Source of the DNA: a virus
Strand: one strand, 5' to 3'
DNA length: 64,000 bases
IMG/VR virus record: IMGVR_UViG_3300034691_000037
Span: 1-64,000 of that record
The translations under genes and the position numbers were made by a program. The notes under the pieces are model-generated. The model searched no databases. It saw only the letters and a list, made by a program, of their open reading frames with translations, and was not told the DNA's origin. The first letter of the stretch is position 1. Each line of letters begins with the position of its first letter. Positions 37,261 to 45,376 of the stretch are shown here, piece by piece.

Positions 37261-37764
37261 TTAAAGCAATTCAGCGTCAGCCAAGACGCCTATGATCTCA
37301 CCGAAGCCCGGCATTGCCATCAGGCTACGCGTAGGGTTGATGGATACGTCACACGCCTGAGCAAGGTTGATAGGCAGCTGTGTGAGACCACCGTACAGGT
37401 TCTTGTAGACCAACTTCATGTTACTGCAGAACACTACGAAGTGGTCATCACCCAATGCAGGAACCGGTAATACGATCATCTCACAGATCTGTTCTTGGGT
37501 TAGTTTAAACCCCAGGAGGTTAGGGCGATCAAACGGATTGATGCTCATGATACTACTTGTTTTCTCACTGACGCTTCCAGGCCGTAGGTCCAGTTCGAGC
37601 GGTGGGTAGAACGGACGGAACTCAAGATCGCGGTTCAAGGCATCTGTGAGTGTGTCGCCTTCGACCAAACAAAACAGATCGGTGGATGAATCAAACTTGA
37701 TGCAGGTGTACAGATAAGGCACGCCCAAAGACTGTTCAACAAGCGCTACTTTAAACTGTTGCAT
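37261..37764 (-). CDS. Hypothetical protein
   Basis: Start MQQFK after AGGAG. Confidence 0.75.
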   Translation of the reverse strand: MQQFKVALVEQSLGVPYLYTCIKFDSSTDLFCLVEGDTLTDALNRDLEFRPFYPPLELDLRPGSVSEKTSSIMSINPFDRPNLLGFKLTQEQICEMIVLPVPALGDDHFVVFCSNMKLVYKNLYGGLTQLPINLAQACDVSINPTRSLMAMPGFGEIIGVLADAELL

Positions 37765-37826
37765 TTCAATACTCCTAAAAAAAGAATTAGAAAAGACCCG
37801 CAGAGGCCGAAGCCCCCGCGGATGGG

Positions 37827-38159
37827 TCAAAGCTGGCGAGGTATTTGAGTACCCACTTTCTGCATGCAGCTGCGCCAGAACTCGTCCGTATTAGACATGT
37901 TCTCAAAGAATACCTTTTTCAGATAGTCCTTAGTCATGGGGAGCATGTCGGTAAGGCCATCCATCTTTTTGTATTCAGGTCTGCCTAACACTGCGATTAC
38001 AGTTTCGTAATCAATCTCGCCACGGGCATCGATAGCCCCTTGGATAACCTCTTCACTTTTCACACAATCGTCTTCAGTGACAGTGTGCATGTTAGAAGGC
38101 AACGATGCATGCGACATAACTGACACAAGCATCATTAAAATAAACAGCACTGGTTTCAT
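37827..38159 (-). CDS. Secreted/periplasmic small protein
   Basis: Signal peptide MKPVLFILMMLVSVMSHA; two Cys. Confidence 0.75.
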   Translation of the reverse strand: MKPVLFILMMLVSVMSHASLPSNMHTVTEDDCVKSEEVIQGAIDARGEIDYETVIAVLGRPEYKKMDGLTDMLPMTKDYLKKVFFENMSNTDEFWRSCMQKVGTQIPRQL

Positions 38160-38518
38160 TTTCCGGCAGCCTTCTTCAGCTTATTAACCTGGGCGGTGAA
38201 CTTCTTGAGTTCTTTAACGACGGCTTCGCGCTGCTCACGCGAACCGGCAACTGGATCGATACCGTCCAAATACGCTTTGAACAGTTCTTTCATTTTGCCG
38301 ATTTCTTCCTGGACGGATTCCAAGATAGTCGGCGACTCCTGCAGCAGCTCTTCGAACTGATCGTGCAACTCACGATAGCTTTCAGTCTGCAGATGATGGA
38401 ATGCCACCGCCGAAGCGATAGGTTCTTCCGACTTGGCAACAGCCTTGCCCATGTAGTAACCGACCGCATAGATAGCGGTAGCAGCACCTACATTAGCGAC
38501 GAAGCGATAAAAGGACAT
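38156..38518 (-). CDS. Membrane-anchored helical protein
   Basis: N-terminal hydrophobic helix. Confidence 0.75.
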   Translation of the reverse strand: MSFYRFVANVGAATAIYAVGYYMGKAVAKSEEPIASAVAFHHLQTESYRELHDQFEELLQESPTILESVQEEIGKMKELFKAYLDGIDPVAGSREQREAVVKELKKFTAQVNKLKKAAGK

Positions 38519-38589
38519 GGGGTGGTTCTCCCAATGGGTGAGTGAAACGGCATACAGCCAGCGAGTAAAACCCGCTGGCCGCGCTGCAG

Positions 38590-38898
38590 TTAGTCGTCTT
38601 GAGCTTGCAGCTCTTCGGACAGGACGATGACGGTGTCTTCGAACTGCATGCCGTCTTGTTCACGGATGCGTACGATGGCTTCGTCAAGCGCCATGACAAC
38701 GTTGGCGTTCATGTGGTGAACGTGGTCGGTGACCGGCTTGTTGAGCATGGTGGTGATCACGGACTCCGGACCTTCCTCAACGAAGAAGGTTACGCGGGTT
38801 TTCAGGCCGGTTTGCAGGCCTTCGTTGAAGAAGTCATGCTTGATGCTGTCGACGAATTGCAGGAGATCGGTAGGTTTCTGGATGGTAACAGTCGTCAT
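38590..38898 (-). CDS. Early hypothetical protein
   Basis: GGAG RBS, promoter motif upstream. Confidence 0.8.
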   Translation of the reverse strand: MTTVTIQKPTDLLQFVDSIKHDFFNEGLQTGLKTRVTFFVEEGPESVITTMLNKPVTDHVHHMNANVVMALDEAIVRIREQDGMQFEDTVIVLSEELQAQDD

Positions 38899-38935
38899 GG
38901 TAACTCCAAAGTAGGACGGGGTGGTTATCGAAGCA

Positions 38936-38950
38936 ATGATGTATTACTGC
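38936..38950 (-). promoter_or_regulatory. Putative phage early promoter (variant)
   Basis: GCAGTAATACATCAT. Confidence 0.5.
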
Positions 38951-39135
38951 TTCTTTTTTGATTAGAATTGCTTGACCGACTGCTGATAAGGTTGATTCTT
39001 ATATTCGACATCATCCTCCATGTGGCCGAATTGATGTTTGTTCACACCTGTGACGTCACGCGAACGTACTTTAAATACGTGCTCGGTAACATCGCGTTCG
39101 ACGCCGATCTTCAGACCTTCGTCAATTTTCAGTTG

Positions 39136-40095
39136 TCAGATAGCGCCACGTCTAACTTTGCTGACGGTGGCCCACACCAGCGGTTGGCTGTAGACCACAG
39201 CGCCTGTTTTGTTTTCGGTAAGCTCCAAGGTCAGCAGGCCTTCTTCGCTCTGATCTAACCAGCCTCGGTAATCAGTGGTACTGTTGTTGTACGTCACGTC
39301 CTTAACGGTGTAACGAATGTTGACCTTGGCGGGCAGGTTGTAGAATTCGATTTTGTTGATGAAGTCCACAGGTGTCACGCACTTGGACAGCAGCTTCTTC
39401 ATCAGAAGCAGCATATCGAAACTGATAGCGTGGTACTGCGAATACATACGCAGGTACTCAACCAGCTCAGGGCTGTGCTTAGGGTTGGCTAGCGCGGCAA
39501 TGATGGTGGCTTCTTTGATACCGTCGTAGTTGATACGGTATTTGAAACGACCGGGGCGGTTCAGCATGGCGTCAACGAATTCGCGTTCGCTGTTGGCCGT
39601 GACGATGAAGAGGATGTTGCGCTTTTCGCTATCGCTGAACAGAGTCAGGACAGAGTTACGTTCTTCGCTCTTGTCGTACACCTTGCCAAACTCATCGAAC
39701 AACACGGCACAAGGGCCGAGCAGGTTGATGATGGTAGAGATGAGACTACCCGGCAATGGCGTAGTGATGTTCAGCACAGGCCGGCCTGAGTCAAGGACCA
39801 TATTGCAAAGGTCTTCGGAAAGCATGGTTTTACCCGAGCCCTTCAGACCAACCAGGATCACGCCGACTGGCGAAGTGGTGCTGTTGTAATCGCTGATGAT
39901 CAGATCACGGATAGTGTTGTGGTCACCGAGGGGGTCTTTCGGGATTTCGAACTGGGTACGGCCTTTGTACAGGCGAGGGCCTTCTTCCGACATCATCAGG
40001 TTGTAAACTGCGGCTGGCAGCTTATCGACCTTACGGGCCAGGTTAATATCCTGGACCAAATAGTTACTGTCTTGATCGGTAGTAATCAGGGGCAT
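39136..40095 (-). CDS. AAA+ ATPase, paralog of 2249..3694; frame continues past TGA to 38962
   Basis: GLKGSGKT, VLFDEFGK, LTLFSDS, LNRPGRFKY. Confidence 0.9.
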   Translation of the reverse strand: MPLITTDQDSNYLVQDINLARKVDKLPAAVYNLMMSEEGPRLYKGRTQFEIPKDPLGDHNTIRDLIISDYNSTTSPVGVILVGLKGSGKTMLSEDLCNMVLDSGRPVLNITTPLPGSLISTIINLLGPCAVLFDEFGKVYDKSEERNSVLTLFSDSEKRNILFIVTANSEREFVDAMLNRPGRFKYRINYDGIKEATIIAALANPKHSPELVEYLRMYSQYHAISFDMLLLMKKLLSKCVTPVDFINKIEFYNLPAKVNIRYTVKDVTYNNSTTDYRGWLDQSEEGLLTLELTENKTGAVVYSQPLVWATVSKVRRGAI

Positions 40096-40108
40096 TGCAA
40101 TACTCCGG

Positions 40109-40774
40109 TTAGTTGACTTCCAATGTGATCATTATGCAGCGCTTCTCGCTATACGGGAGCGCGGCAACGTAATAGCCATTAGCCATTTTAGCAAAGCCAT
40201 CATTTTCACTGGCTAGCTGATTGATGTTGTTGATAAGGGTCTCTATCTTTGGGTAAGGTAGTTTCTTAGATTTGAAAAACTCAGCGGGTAGATCTTCAAC
40301 AGCGGTTATCTCTGACCTTAAGGTCGTGTTTTTAGATTCTTCGACCAGGTTGAAATAGTAAACGGTAATCTTACACGCCTTAACGTTTGAACTGTCACCT
40401 GATTTAGCGGCAGCCTGCATGTCTTTTAACAACATGATTGTAGCGCTAATCAGATAGCAGTCTTTATCGACCTCGTTAGTCTCCACCCTAACGCCGATAG
40501 TTTCATCGAGCCTTAGAACCACGCCCATCAGTACACGTTCAAGGACGCTGACCAGACGGTAAACTAGAATGCCTGACACGTCCTGCTTGCCACGTTGATG
40601 CCAGCACTTTGTTTTTAGCCGGTCAAGTTGCATCCCGTGATCCATCAAAAGAAAATCTTCGCCTACGACTTCGTAACCATCGACTGCGATGTATTTATCT
40701 GCATCCGGCTCAGAGCTTAATGGTTTACGGAATTCAAATACGTTATTCATCATAGCCCCCAAGGCGGTAAACAT
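40109..40774 (-). CDS. Hypothetical protein
   Basis: 221-aa ORF; start uncertain. Confidence 0.7.
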   Translation of the reverse strand: MFTALGAMMNNVFEFRKPLSSEPDADKYIAVDGYEVVGEDFLLMDHGMQLDRLKTKCWHQRGKQDVSGILVYRLVSVLERVLMGVVLRLDETIGVRVETNEVDKDCYLISATIMLLKDMQAAAKSGDSSNVKACKITVYYFNLVEESKNTTLRSEITAVEDLPAEFFKSKKLPYPKIETLINNINQLASENDGFAKMANGYYVAALPYSEKRCIMITLEVN

Positions 40775-40810
40775 ACTTGATAGGGTTTTGGTATCAAGTC
40801 ACTATTGCGA

Positions 40811-40844
40811 CATACAGGCAGGGCTTAACTGCCCTGCCTGTATG
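40811..40844. terminator. CATA/TATG-closed hairpin
   Basis: 14-bp perfect stem catacaggcagggc/gccctgcctgtatg. Confidence 0.75.
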
Positions 40845-40853
40845 CTAGAAGTG

Positions 40854-41324
40854 TTACTTACGGGCAATCAAATCGAAGGTGTACAGATGCTTAACCGACA
40901 AGACGTCAGTGATCTCCGGATCGGGTAATTGACATGCAGCACGAATGCTGAAATGGTTGTGCGCTTGGTCAGCGCCTGTAATGGTATCGCGCATCACTAC
41001 GCCGAATGGGCCGTGGGGTCTGATGTCACCGATGATTACCGCCAACCCTGGTGATTGACGGCTTTCGATCAGGCGAATGTTACTGGCTTCGCCACAGACA
41101 CGTTCATTGTTTACAGTGCTGGCCCAGTCAGGGCGTGACAGACCACCGTTCTTTGGAACGCCCATCTCCATGTACATCTTCTTACCCTGGAGCGCTCTGA
41201 CAGCCTTACGCAAGCTGTCGTTGAGTAAGTATGTCCGTCCAGTAATGCCGGTAGGTACGCCGACCTCCAGCAAGATTGATGTCTCTTGGATGGGAGCACC
41301 TGTTTGGTTATTGATAAATGACAT
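40854..41324 (-). CDS. Degenerate prohead-protease-fold protein
   Basis: GRTY, MYMEMGVP, VNNERVCG, IRPHGPFG, FSIRA, YTFD. Confidence 0.6.
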   Translation of the reverse strand: MSFINNQTGAPIQETSILLEVGVPTGITGRTYLLNDSLRKAVRALQGKKMYMEMGVPKNGGLSRPDWASTVNNERVCGEASNIRLIESRQSPGLAVIIGDIRPHGPFGVVMRDTITGADQAHNHFSIRAACQLPDPEITDVLSVKHLYTFDLIARK

Positions 41325-41590
41325 TAGTTCTGCCCTTGTGGTTCCGCTTCGGCGATAACCGAATAACGCAACCGCGTGTTTGTAAAACGACCGATCTCGA
41401 CGATGGTTGACATAGACAGCTTATTCATGTCACCCAAGTAGAGGATTGAGATTTGAGTAAGTGCAATACCGCTCAGTTTAGACACCTGACCAAGCGTGTC
41501 GCCTGTAGCCCCAAGCTGTACACACTTGGCTTCAAGCAGACCAGTCAGTAATTTACGAAGCATTTCCAGTTCTGGAGTTGTCATAAACAC
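41324..41590 (-). CDS. Putative XRE-like HTH protein
   Basis: TLGQVSKLSGIALTQISIL..G...LSMSTIVEI. Confidence 0.6.
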   Translation of the reverse strand: MFMTTPELEMLRKLLTGLLEAKCVQLGATGDTLGQVSKLSGIALTQISILYLGDMNKLSMSTIVEIGRFTNTRLRYSVIAEAEPQGQN

Positions 41591-41598
41591 CTCAAATA

Positions 41599-41626
41599 AT
41601 AGGGCGGGACTACCCCGCCCTGTATG
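41599..41626 (-). terminator. Hairpin ending the RKK-array/AAA unit
   Basis: agggcggg/cccgccct stem. Confidence 0.65.
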
Positions 41627-41631
41627 TATCG

Positions 41632-42738
41632 TTACTGAGAAAAGCCAACGCCGGTACGTTTGACGATACGGTCTTGGTGCATTTCGTGATAGTTCAAAGC
41701 TTTCGCCAGGGTCATGGTTTTGTCATCCATATCCACCGATTCCAGTTCCATCATGTCACGCACAGCGTAGGCCTGTTCCTTCGACAGAAGTTCGAAACGA
41801 AGCACGTCGAAGCAACGACCTGGGCGTGTCAGTGCGTCGTCGGTGCCAGAGAGCGACTCCAGGTTGGTGGAGAAGATAATCTTCACATCACGACTTACAA
41901 TGCCTTCAGCGGCGTTCAGGACAGCCGACATGTTGTCGTTACCCAGATCGCGAGACATCAGCAGACGGTCAGCGTCCTCACAGATTACAACAGACCCTGC
42001 TGGACAGCCACGGATGTAGTCGGACAACCCTGGGTTCAGCAGAACATCCTGACGGTCGATCATGCTGATCTTGTCATCCCAGCCGCGTGCGTCCATCATC
42101 TGCAAGATGAAGTTAGACTTACCGGTACCCGGAGGACCAATCAGAACGAGGACGTTAGCCCTGGACTTCGCGAAAGCTGCCCAGACCTCAGCAGGCGTAC
42201 GGCCAAAGTACGGGTAGAACAGAGTTTGGTTTTTGATCACGCCGATGGGTGGGATCGTTTCGATCGTCGTCGCAATCGCTTTGTCGTTCAGTGTCAGACG
42301 GCGCAGATGCGGTGTAACGCCTGTATCGATCAGCTCTTTGAATGTATCGCGGAAGTAGTTGACGAATGCATCGGTGCCGATGACATCGTACTTGGCCTGA
42401 GTGGCGCTGGTGCTTGGATTGACGAAGGCACCGATGATTTCATCCTCGTTGATGATGAGCCGACCCATCAGGGTGCGCATGAAGCGCAGACCTTGAGGTT
42501 TGAGGATACCGTCCAGAACGACCTTGTGAATATGCCGGTCGTTCTCGCCGCCAGTTTTGCCATGGGCGATGTCGGCGGTGAGGTGCGCTTGCTGAGCATC
42601 CCAGCCTTTGCTGGAGAAGAACAGGCGGGAGATGTCGTAGATGTTATCGCCACGTAGCAATGGAAGCTGGTCGTTCCAATGCTTGATGTTATCGAGGAGG
42701 TTTTGACTTACAGGTTCTGGAATGAAATTGAGACGCAT
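41632..42738 (-). CDS. AAA+ ATPase (BCS1-like motif set)
   Basis: GPPGTGKS, VICEDAD, VLNAAEG, IIFSTN, DDALTRPGRCFD, C-terminal GVGF. Confidence 0.92.
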   Translation of the reverse strand: MRLNFIPEPVSQNLLDNIKHWNDQLPLLRGDNIYDISRLFFSSKGWDAQQAHLTADIAHGKTGGENDRHIHKVVLDGILKPQGLRFMRTLMGRLIINEDEIIGAFVNPSTSATQAKYDVIGTDAFVNYFRDTFKELIDTGVTPHLRRLTLNDKAIATTIETIPPIGVIKNQTLFYPYFGRTPAEVWAAFAKSRANVLVLIGPPGTGKSNFILQMMDARGWDDKISMIDRQDVLLNPGLSDYIRGCPAGSVVICEDADRLLMSRDLGNDNMSAVLNAAEGIVSRDVKIIFSTNLESLSGTDDALTRPGRCFDVLRFELLSKEQAYAVRDMMELESVDMDDKTMTLAKALNYHEMHQDRIVKRTGVGFSQ

Positions 42739-42785
42739 GTTAACTCCAACAGGGTTTGTTTAAATTCGATAAATAAGGTTAGGTA

Positions 42786-42998
42786 TTACGACTTTGTAAA
42801 ATCTTTGCAACCACCTATGTGTACAGCAAGCATGACCTTATGAAACCTACATTGATCGCCATCAACGAAGTGACCTTCTGTCCGGAATGGCCGCGACGGA
42901 CACACGGCATTATCATTGTCGATTGCGCCACTGCCGCCGTCTGGCGATGAAACCCGCGGATCGGCAAATTTCTTACGGGTTATGTCCAACATATTCAA
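42786..42998 (-). CDS. RKK-family peptide 7
   Basis: MNMLDITRKK...DGG...CKDFTKS; GGAG RBS. Confidence 0.7.
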   Translation of the reverse strand: MNMLDITRKKFADPRVSSPDGGSGAIDNDNAVCPSRPFRTEGHFVDGDQCRFHKVMLAVHIGGCKDFTKS

Positions 42999-43003
42999 CT
43001 CCG

Positions 43004-43252
43004 CTAAGGCCGGGTGTAATCACAAGAATCACCATGTCCTGAAGCTCTGTTAGCTTGGTCCTTCCTATCGATTTCGGCATCGAAGATCCAGCCGGCCTTA
43101 AATAAATCTGGGTCTGTTCTATCAGCCGGGTGACCTGGCGATAACCACCACGGATCGTTATACCCAATGCCGTCAGGTATTGTGCCATAACCGCCCTCAT
43201 CGCCAGGCTTTCGTCCCCGCATGGCTTTCTTACGATGCTGATCAATCGACAT
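43004..43252 (-). CDS. RKK-family peptide 6
   Basis: MSIDQHRKKAM...DEGG...TDPD...CDYTRP. Confidence 0.75.
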   Translation of the reverse strand: MSIDQHRKKAMRGRKPGDEGGYGTIPDGIGYNDPWWLSPGHPADRTDPDLFKAGWIFDAEIDRKDQANRASGHGDSCDYTRP

Positions 43253-43475
43253 GTTCTTTATCCACAGGTCTAAAATCACCACCGCGAAAGCGCCTAGTAT
43301 CTCTATCAATTGAATTGATGAGATTTTCGGGGTCTGTCGCGAAACAACCAAGGCGCCGATTACCGTCATCTGAGAAGTGGGTGGTTACTCTTTTATTCCT
43401 AACTCCGCCCTCATCTTTACTGATCATCAGATGATCGCGAGAGAGAACTTTTTTACGGTATACGTCAGCTGCCAT
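43242..43475 (-). CDS. RKK-family peptide 5
   Basis: MAADVYRKK...DEGG...DGNR...TDPE. Confidence 0.75.
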   Translation of the reverse strand: MAADVYRKKVLSRDHLMISKDEGGVRNKRVTTHFSDDGNRRLGCFATDPENLINSIDRDTRRFRGGDFRPVDKEHVD

Positions 43476-43692
43476 GATGAGCCCTCTTAAACGGCGCGAC
43501 GCCGCACACTCTGAACGGATCGAGCTCTCTGGCGGGGGTTAAGACATCCGGATCAAGTTGACCATTGCCTTCTGTGCGATTACCGTCGTTGTAGTAATAG
43601 TCCCTCATTGTGTCAAGGGGTCTCCCACCATCGGATGATCTGCAGACCCACTCACCCGGCATTGCTTTCTTTCTGTGGTTGTCGTGACGCAT
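43465..43692 (-). CDS. RKK-family peptide 4
   Basis: MRHDNHRKKAM...DGG...DGNR...LDPD. Confidence 0.75.
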   Translation of the reverse strand: MRHDNHRKKAMPGEWVCRSSDGGRPLDTMRDYYYNDGNRTEGNGQLDPDVLTPARELDPFRVCGVAPFKRAHHGS

Positions 43693-43697
43693 GGGAG

Positions 43698-43958
43698 TTA
43701 CTCCCGAGTGTAATTGGACAAATCTATTTTTTCTCTAGCCGCTTCAGCATCTTCTAGGCGAATAATGTCAAGATCAGGTTCGGTGGTGTAGTTTCCTTCG
43801 ACAACGTGCCACTGCCTCATTACAAATTTCGCCTGATTAAAGTCACCGGAACGGTGAGTATCGTCAGTCATGGTTTCCCGACCCGTGGATTCAGAAAACC
43901 AATGACAACGAGGTATATGCATCCATTTCTTTCTATCGTTACCTATGTCCATCCACAC
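43698..43958 (-). CDS. RKK-family peptide 3
   Basis: MDIGNDRKK...PDLD...EDAE...NYTRE. Confidence 0.75.
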   Translation of the reverse strand: MWMDIGNDRKKWMHIPRCHWFSESTGRETMTDDTHRSGDFNQAKFVMRQWHVVEGNYTTEPDLDIIRLEDAEAAREKIDLSNYTRE

Positions 43959-44197
43959 TACTCCCGAGTGTAGTTCAATAAAGTGTGACGCTGGTTTACA
44001 AACTCAGCGTCCTCCTTACGAAATAGATCAAGATCGGGCTTATCGGTATACACGCCGTCGATGATGTAACCCTCTTTCATGTCAGAATAACTATAGTCAC
44101 CCATGAAGTTACTGTGGTCATCAACCGTTTCCTGCCCTAACTCCATAACCAAATAAAAGCGGGATGCAGGCTCTTTCTTTCTGTCCATATCGTGCAT
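43958..44197 (-). CDS. RKK-family peptide 2
   Basis: MHDMDRKK...PDLD...EDAE...NYTRE. Confidence 0.75.
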   Translation of the reverse strand: MHDMDRKKEPASRFYLVMELGQETVDDHSNFMGDYSYSDMKEGYIIDGVYTDKPDLDLFRKEDAEFVNQRHTLLNYTRE

Positions 44198-44213
44198 AAT
44201 GAATTTTATCTCA

Positions 44214-44405
44214 TTAAGACTTCATGTCACAAAAACTACTGAACATGTATACGGGAGTGAACCCACTCAGGAAGCCACCGCCATCCCTATCCGTAGGAAC
44301 TCGCTGATAGGGCTGCTTGTAGTCCATTATTGTCGACCTTCCACCACCATCTTCATTAAGGCTTGGCATTTCTTCTTTCTTACGTTCTATATTTAACCTG
44401 TCCAT
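44214..44405 (-). CDS. RKK-family peptide 1
   Basis: MDRLNIERKK...DGGG...CDMKS; GGAGGT RBS. Confidence 0.7.
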   Translation of the reverse strand: MDRLNIERKKEEMPSLNEDGGGRSTIMDYKQPYQRVPTDRDGGGFLSGFTPVYMFSSFCDMKS

Positions 44406-44433
44406 AGACACCTCCAGGACGTTCTCTATTACC

Positions 44434-44449
44434 ATGATGTATTGCCGTA
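44434..44449 (-). promoter_or_regulatory. Putative early promoter for the RKK array
   Basis: TACGGCAATACATCAT between the terminator and the first RBS. Confidence 0.55.
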
Positions 44450-44476
44450 GACTTTTACAGCGATCTAACCCATACG

Positions 44477-44510
44477 GCATATAGGCAGGGCGTACGCCCT
44501 GCCTATATGC
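44477..44510. terminator. Perfect 34-bp palindrome / terminator
   Basis: gcatataggcagggcgt-acgccctgcctatatgc. Confidence 0.75.
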
Positions 44511-44511
44511 T

Positions 44512-44772
44512 TTACGCAAGGTCCATTTCATTCATCAAGACCACTAAGGGTATTGTTGTAAGCTCCTTTAAGGGACTGTCCTTCTCGCTACCAATGACCA
44601 CTCCCGACTCCAGGTGCATGTAGCCGTACCAACCATGTTTAATACGCCTAATTAGCAGTCCAGAATCGGGATGGCTACCCTGCACCTCGTAGAGTAACCG
44701 ATCACTGTCGTTGGGTATGACGAACCTATCCCCAACTAATAGACGATGTCGATTGACCCGTATGGTTTCCAT
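44512..44772 (-). CDS. Hypothetical protein
   Basis: GAGGT RBS. Confidence 0.65.
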   Translation of the reverse strand: METIRVNRHRLLVGDRFVIPNDSDRLLYEVQGSHPDSGLLIRRIKHGWYGYMHLESGVVIGSEKDSPLKELTTIPLVVLMNEMDLA

Positions 44773-44817
44773 CCCGCAATACCTCTGGAAGGCTCATGTC
44801 ATTAACACAAAAATAAA

Positions 44818-44860
44818 AATAAAGCATAAAGTCAGCCTTTCGGCCGACCTATGCTTTATT
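44818..44860 (-). terminator. CATA/TATG-closed hairpin with T-tract
   Basis: aataaagcata...tatgctttatt. Confidence 0.65.
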
Positions 44861-44872
44861 GATCACCTGCAG

Positions 44873-45361
44873 TTATTCAGGCTGTGTGGCCACAAATACT
44901 TCAGCCGGTACGGTGAGATCGACCGCGGTGAGTCCCCGACCGTGGACCGCACCATCCGCCAAGTCAGACCGGGCTTTCATGAAGCCGATGGTGTCGTGTT
45001 GGTGGTCGTGTAGTTCATGACCACCAACTGTCTTATCGGCAGGGGTGCGTGCCGATACAACGGCGAACTCGCCACGGCGCAACCCGCCATCATCAACTGG
45101 CACCAATCCCAGATCTTCAGCCGTCTGAACGTATTTGGTCCGACCGCGCTGTAAACCCAGGTCTTCGGCAGTCTGGGCGTCCAGCATGTCCGACACTGGC
45201 TCGGATGTACCCGGAGTGCGACCATACGTCACGTTATCAGGCAACAGCGATGGGAGCAGCATGCGGTTCTTGGCATTCAGCTCTTCCAGTTGCCGATGCA
45301 TTTCGTACTGTGCGTTGTGACGTTCAACTGCTTGTTGCTTGCGGACTTTATTACGACTCAT
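44873..45361 (-). CDS. Hypothetical protein with QTAEDLGL repeat and DnaB-motif-like relic
   Basis: QTAEDLGL twice; GGLRRGEFAVVSARTPADKT. Confidence 0.7.
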   Translation of the reverse strand: MSRNKVRKQQAVERHNAQYEMHRQLEELNAKNRMLLPSLLPDNVTYGRTPGTSEPVSDMLDAQTAEDLGLQRGRTKYVQTAEDLGLVPVDDGGLRRGEFAVVSARTPADKTVGGHELHDHQHDTIGFMKARSDLADGAVHGRGLTAVDLTVPAEVFVATQPE

Positions 45362-45376
45362 GACAATATACCTTTA

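Noticed and set aside
39136-39138. Genome-wide TGA recoding or a UGA suppressor tRNA
   Set aside because: Many genes end at TGA in ATGA overlaps, and the tRNA-like loop cannot place TCA in canonical register.
42786-44405. CRISPR array or DNA-level tandem repeat
   Set aside because: Similarity is mostly at protein-motif level and there are no identical, regularly spaced DNA repeats. No CRISPR array, cas, integrase or transposase was noticed anywhere in the window.
44406-44531. N-terminal extension of ORF 44214..44531
   Set aside because: It crosses a perfect terminator palindrome and the promoter motif; a strong RBS precedes the ATG at 44405.
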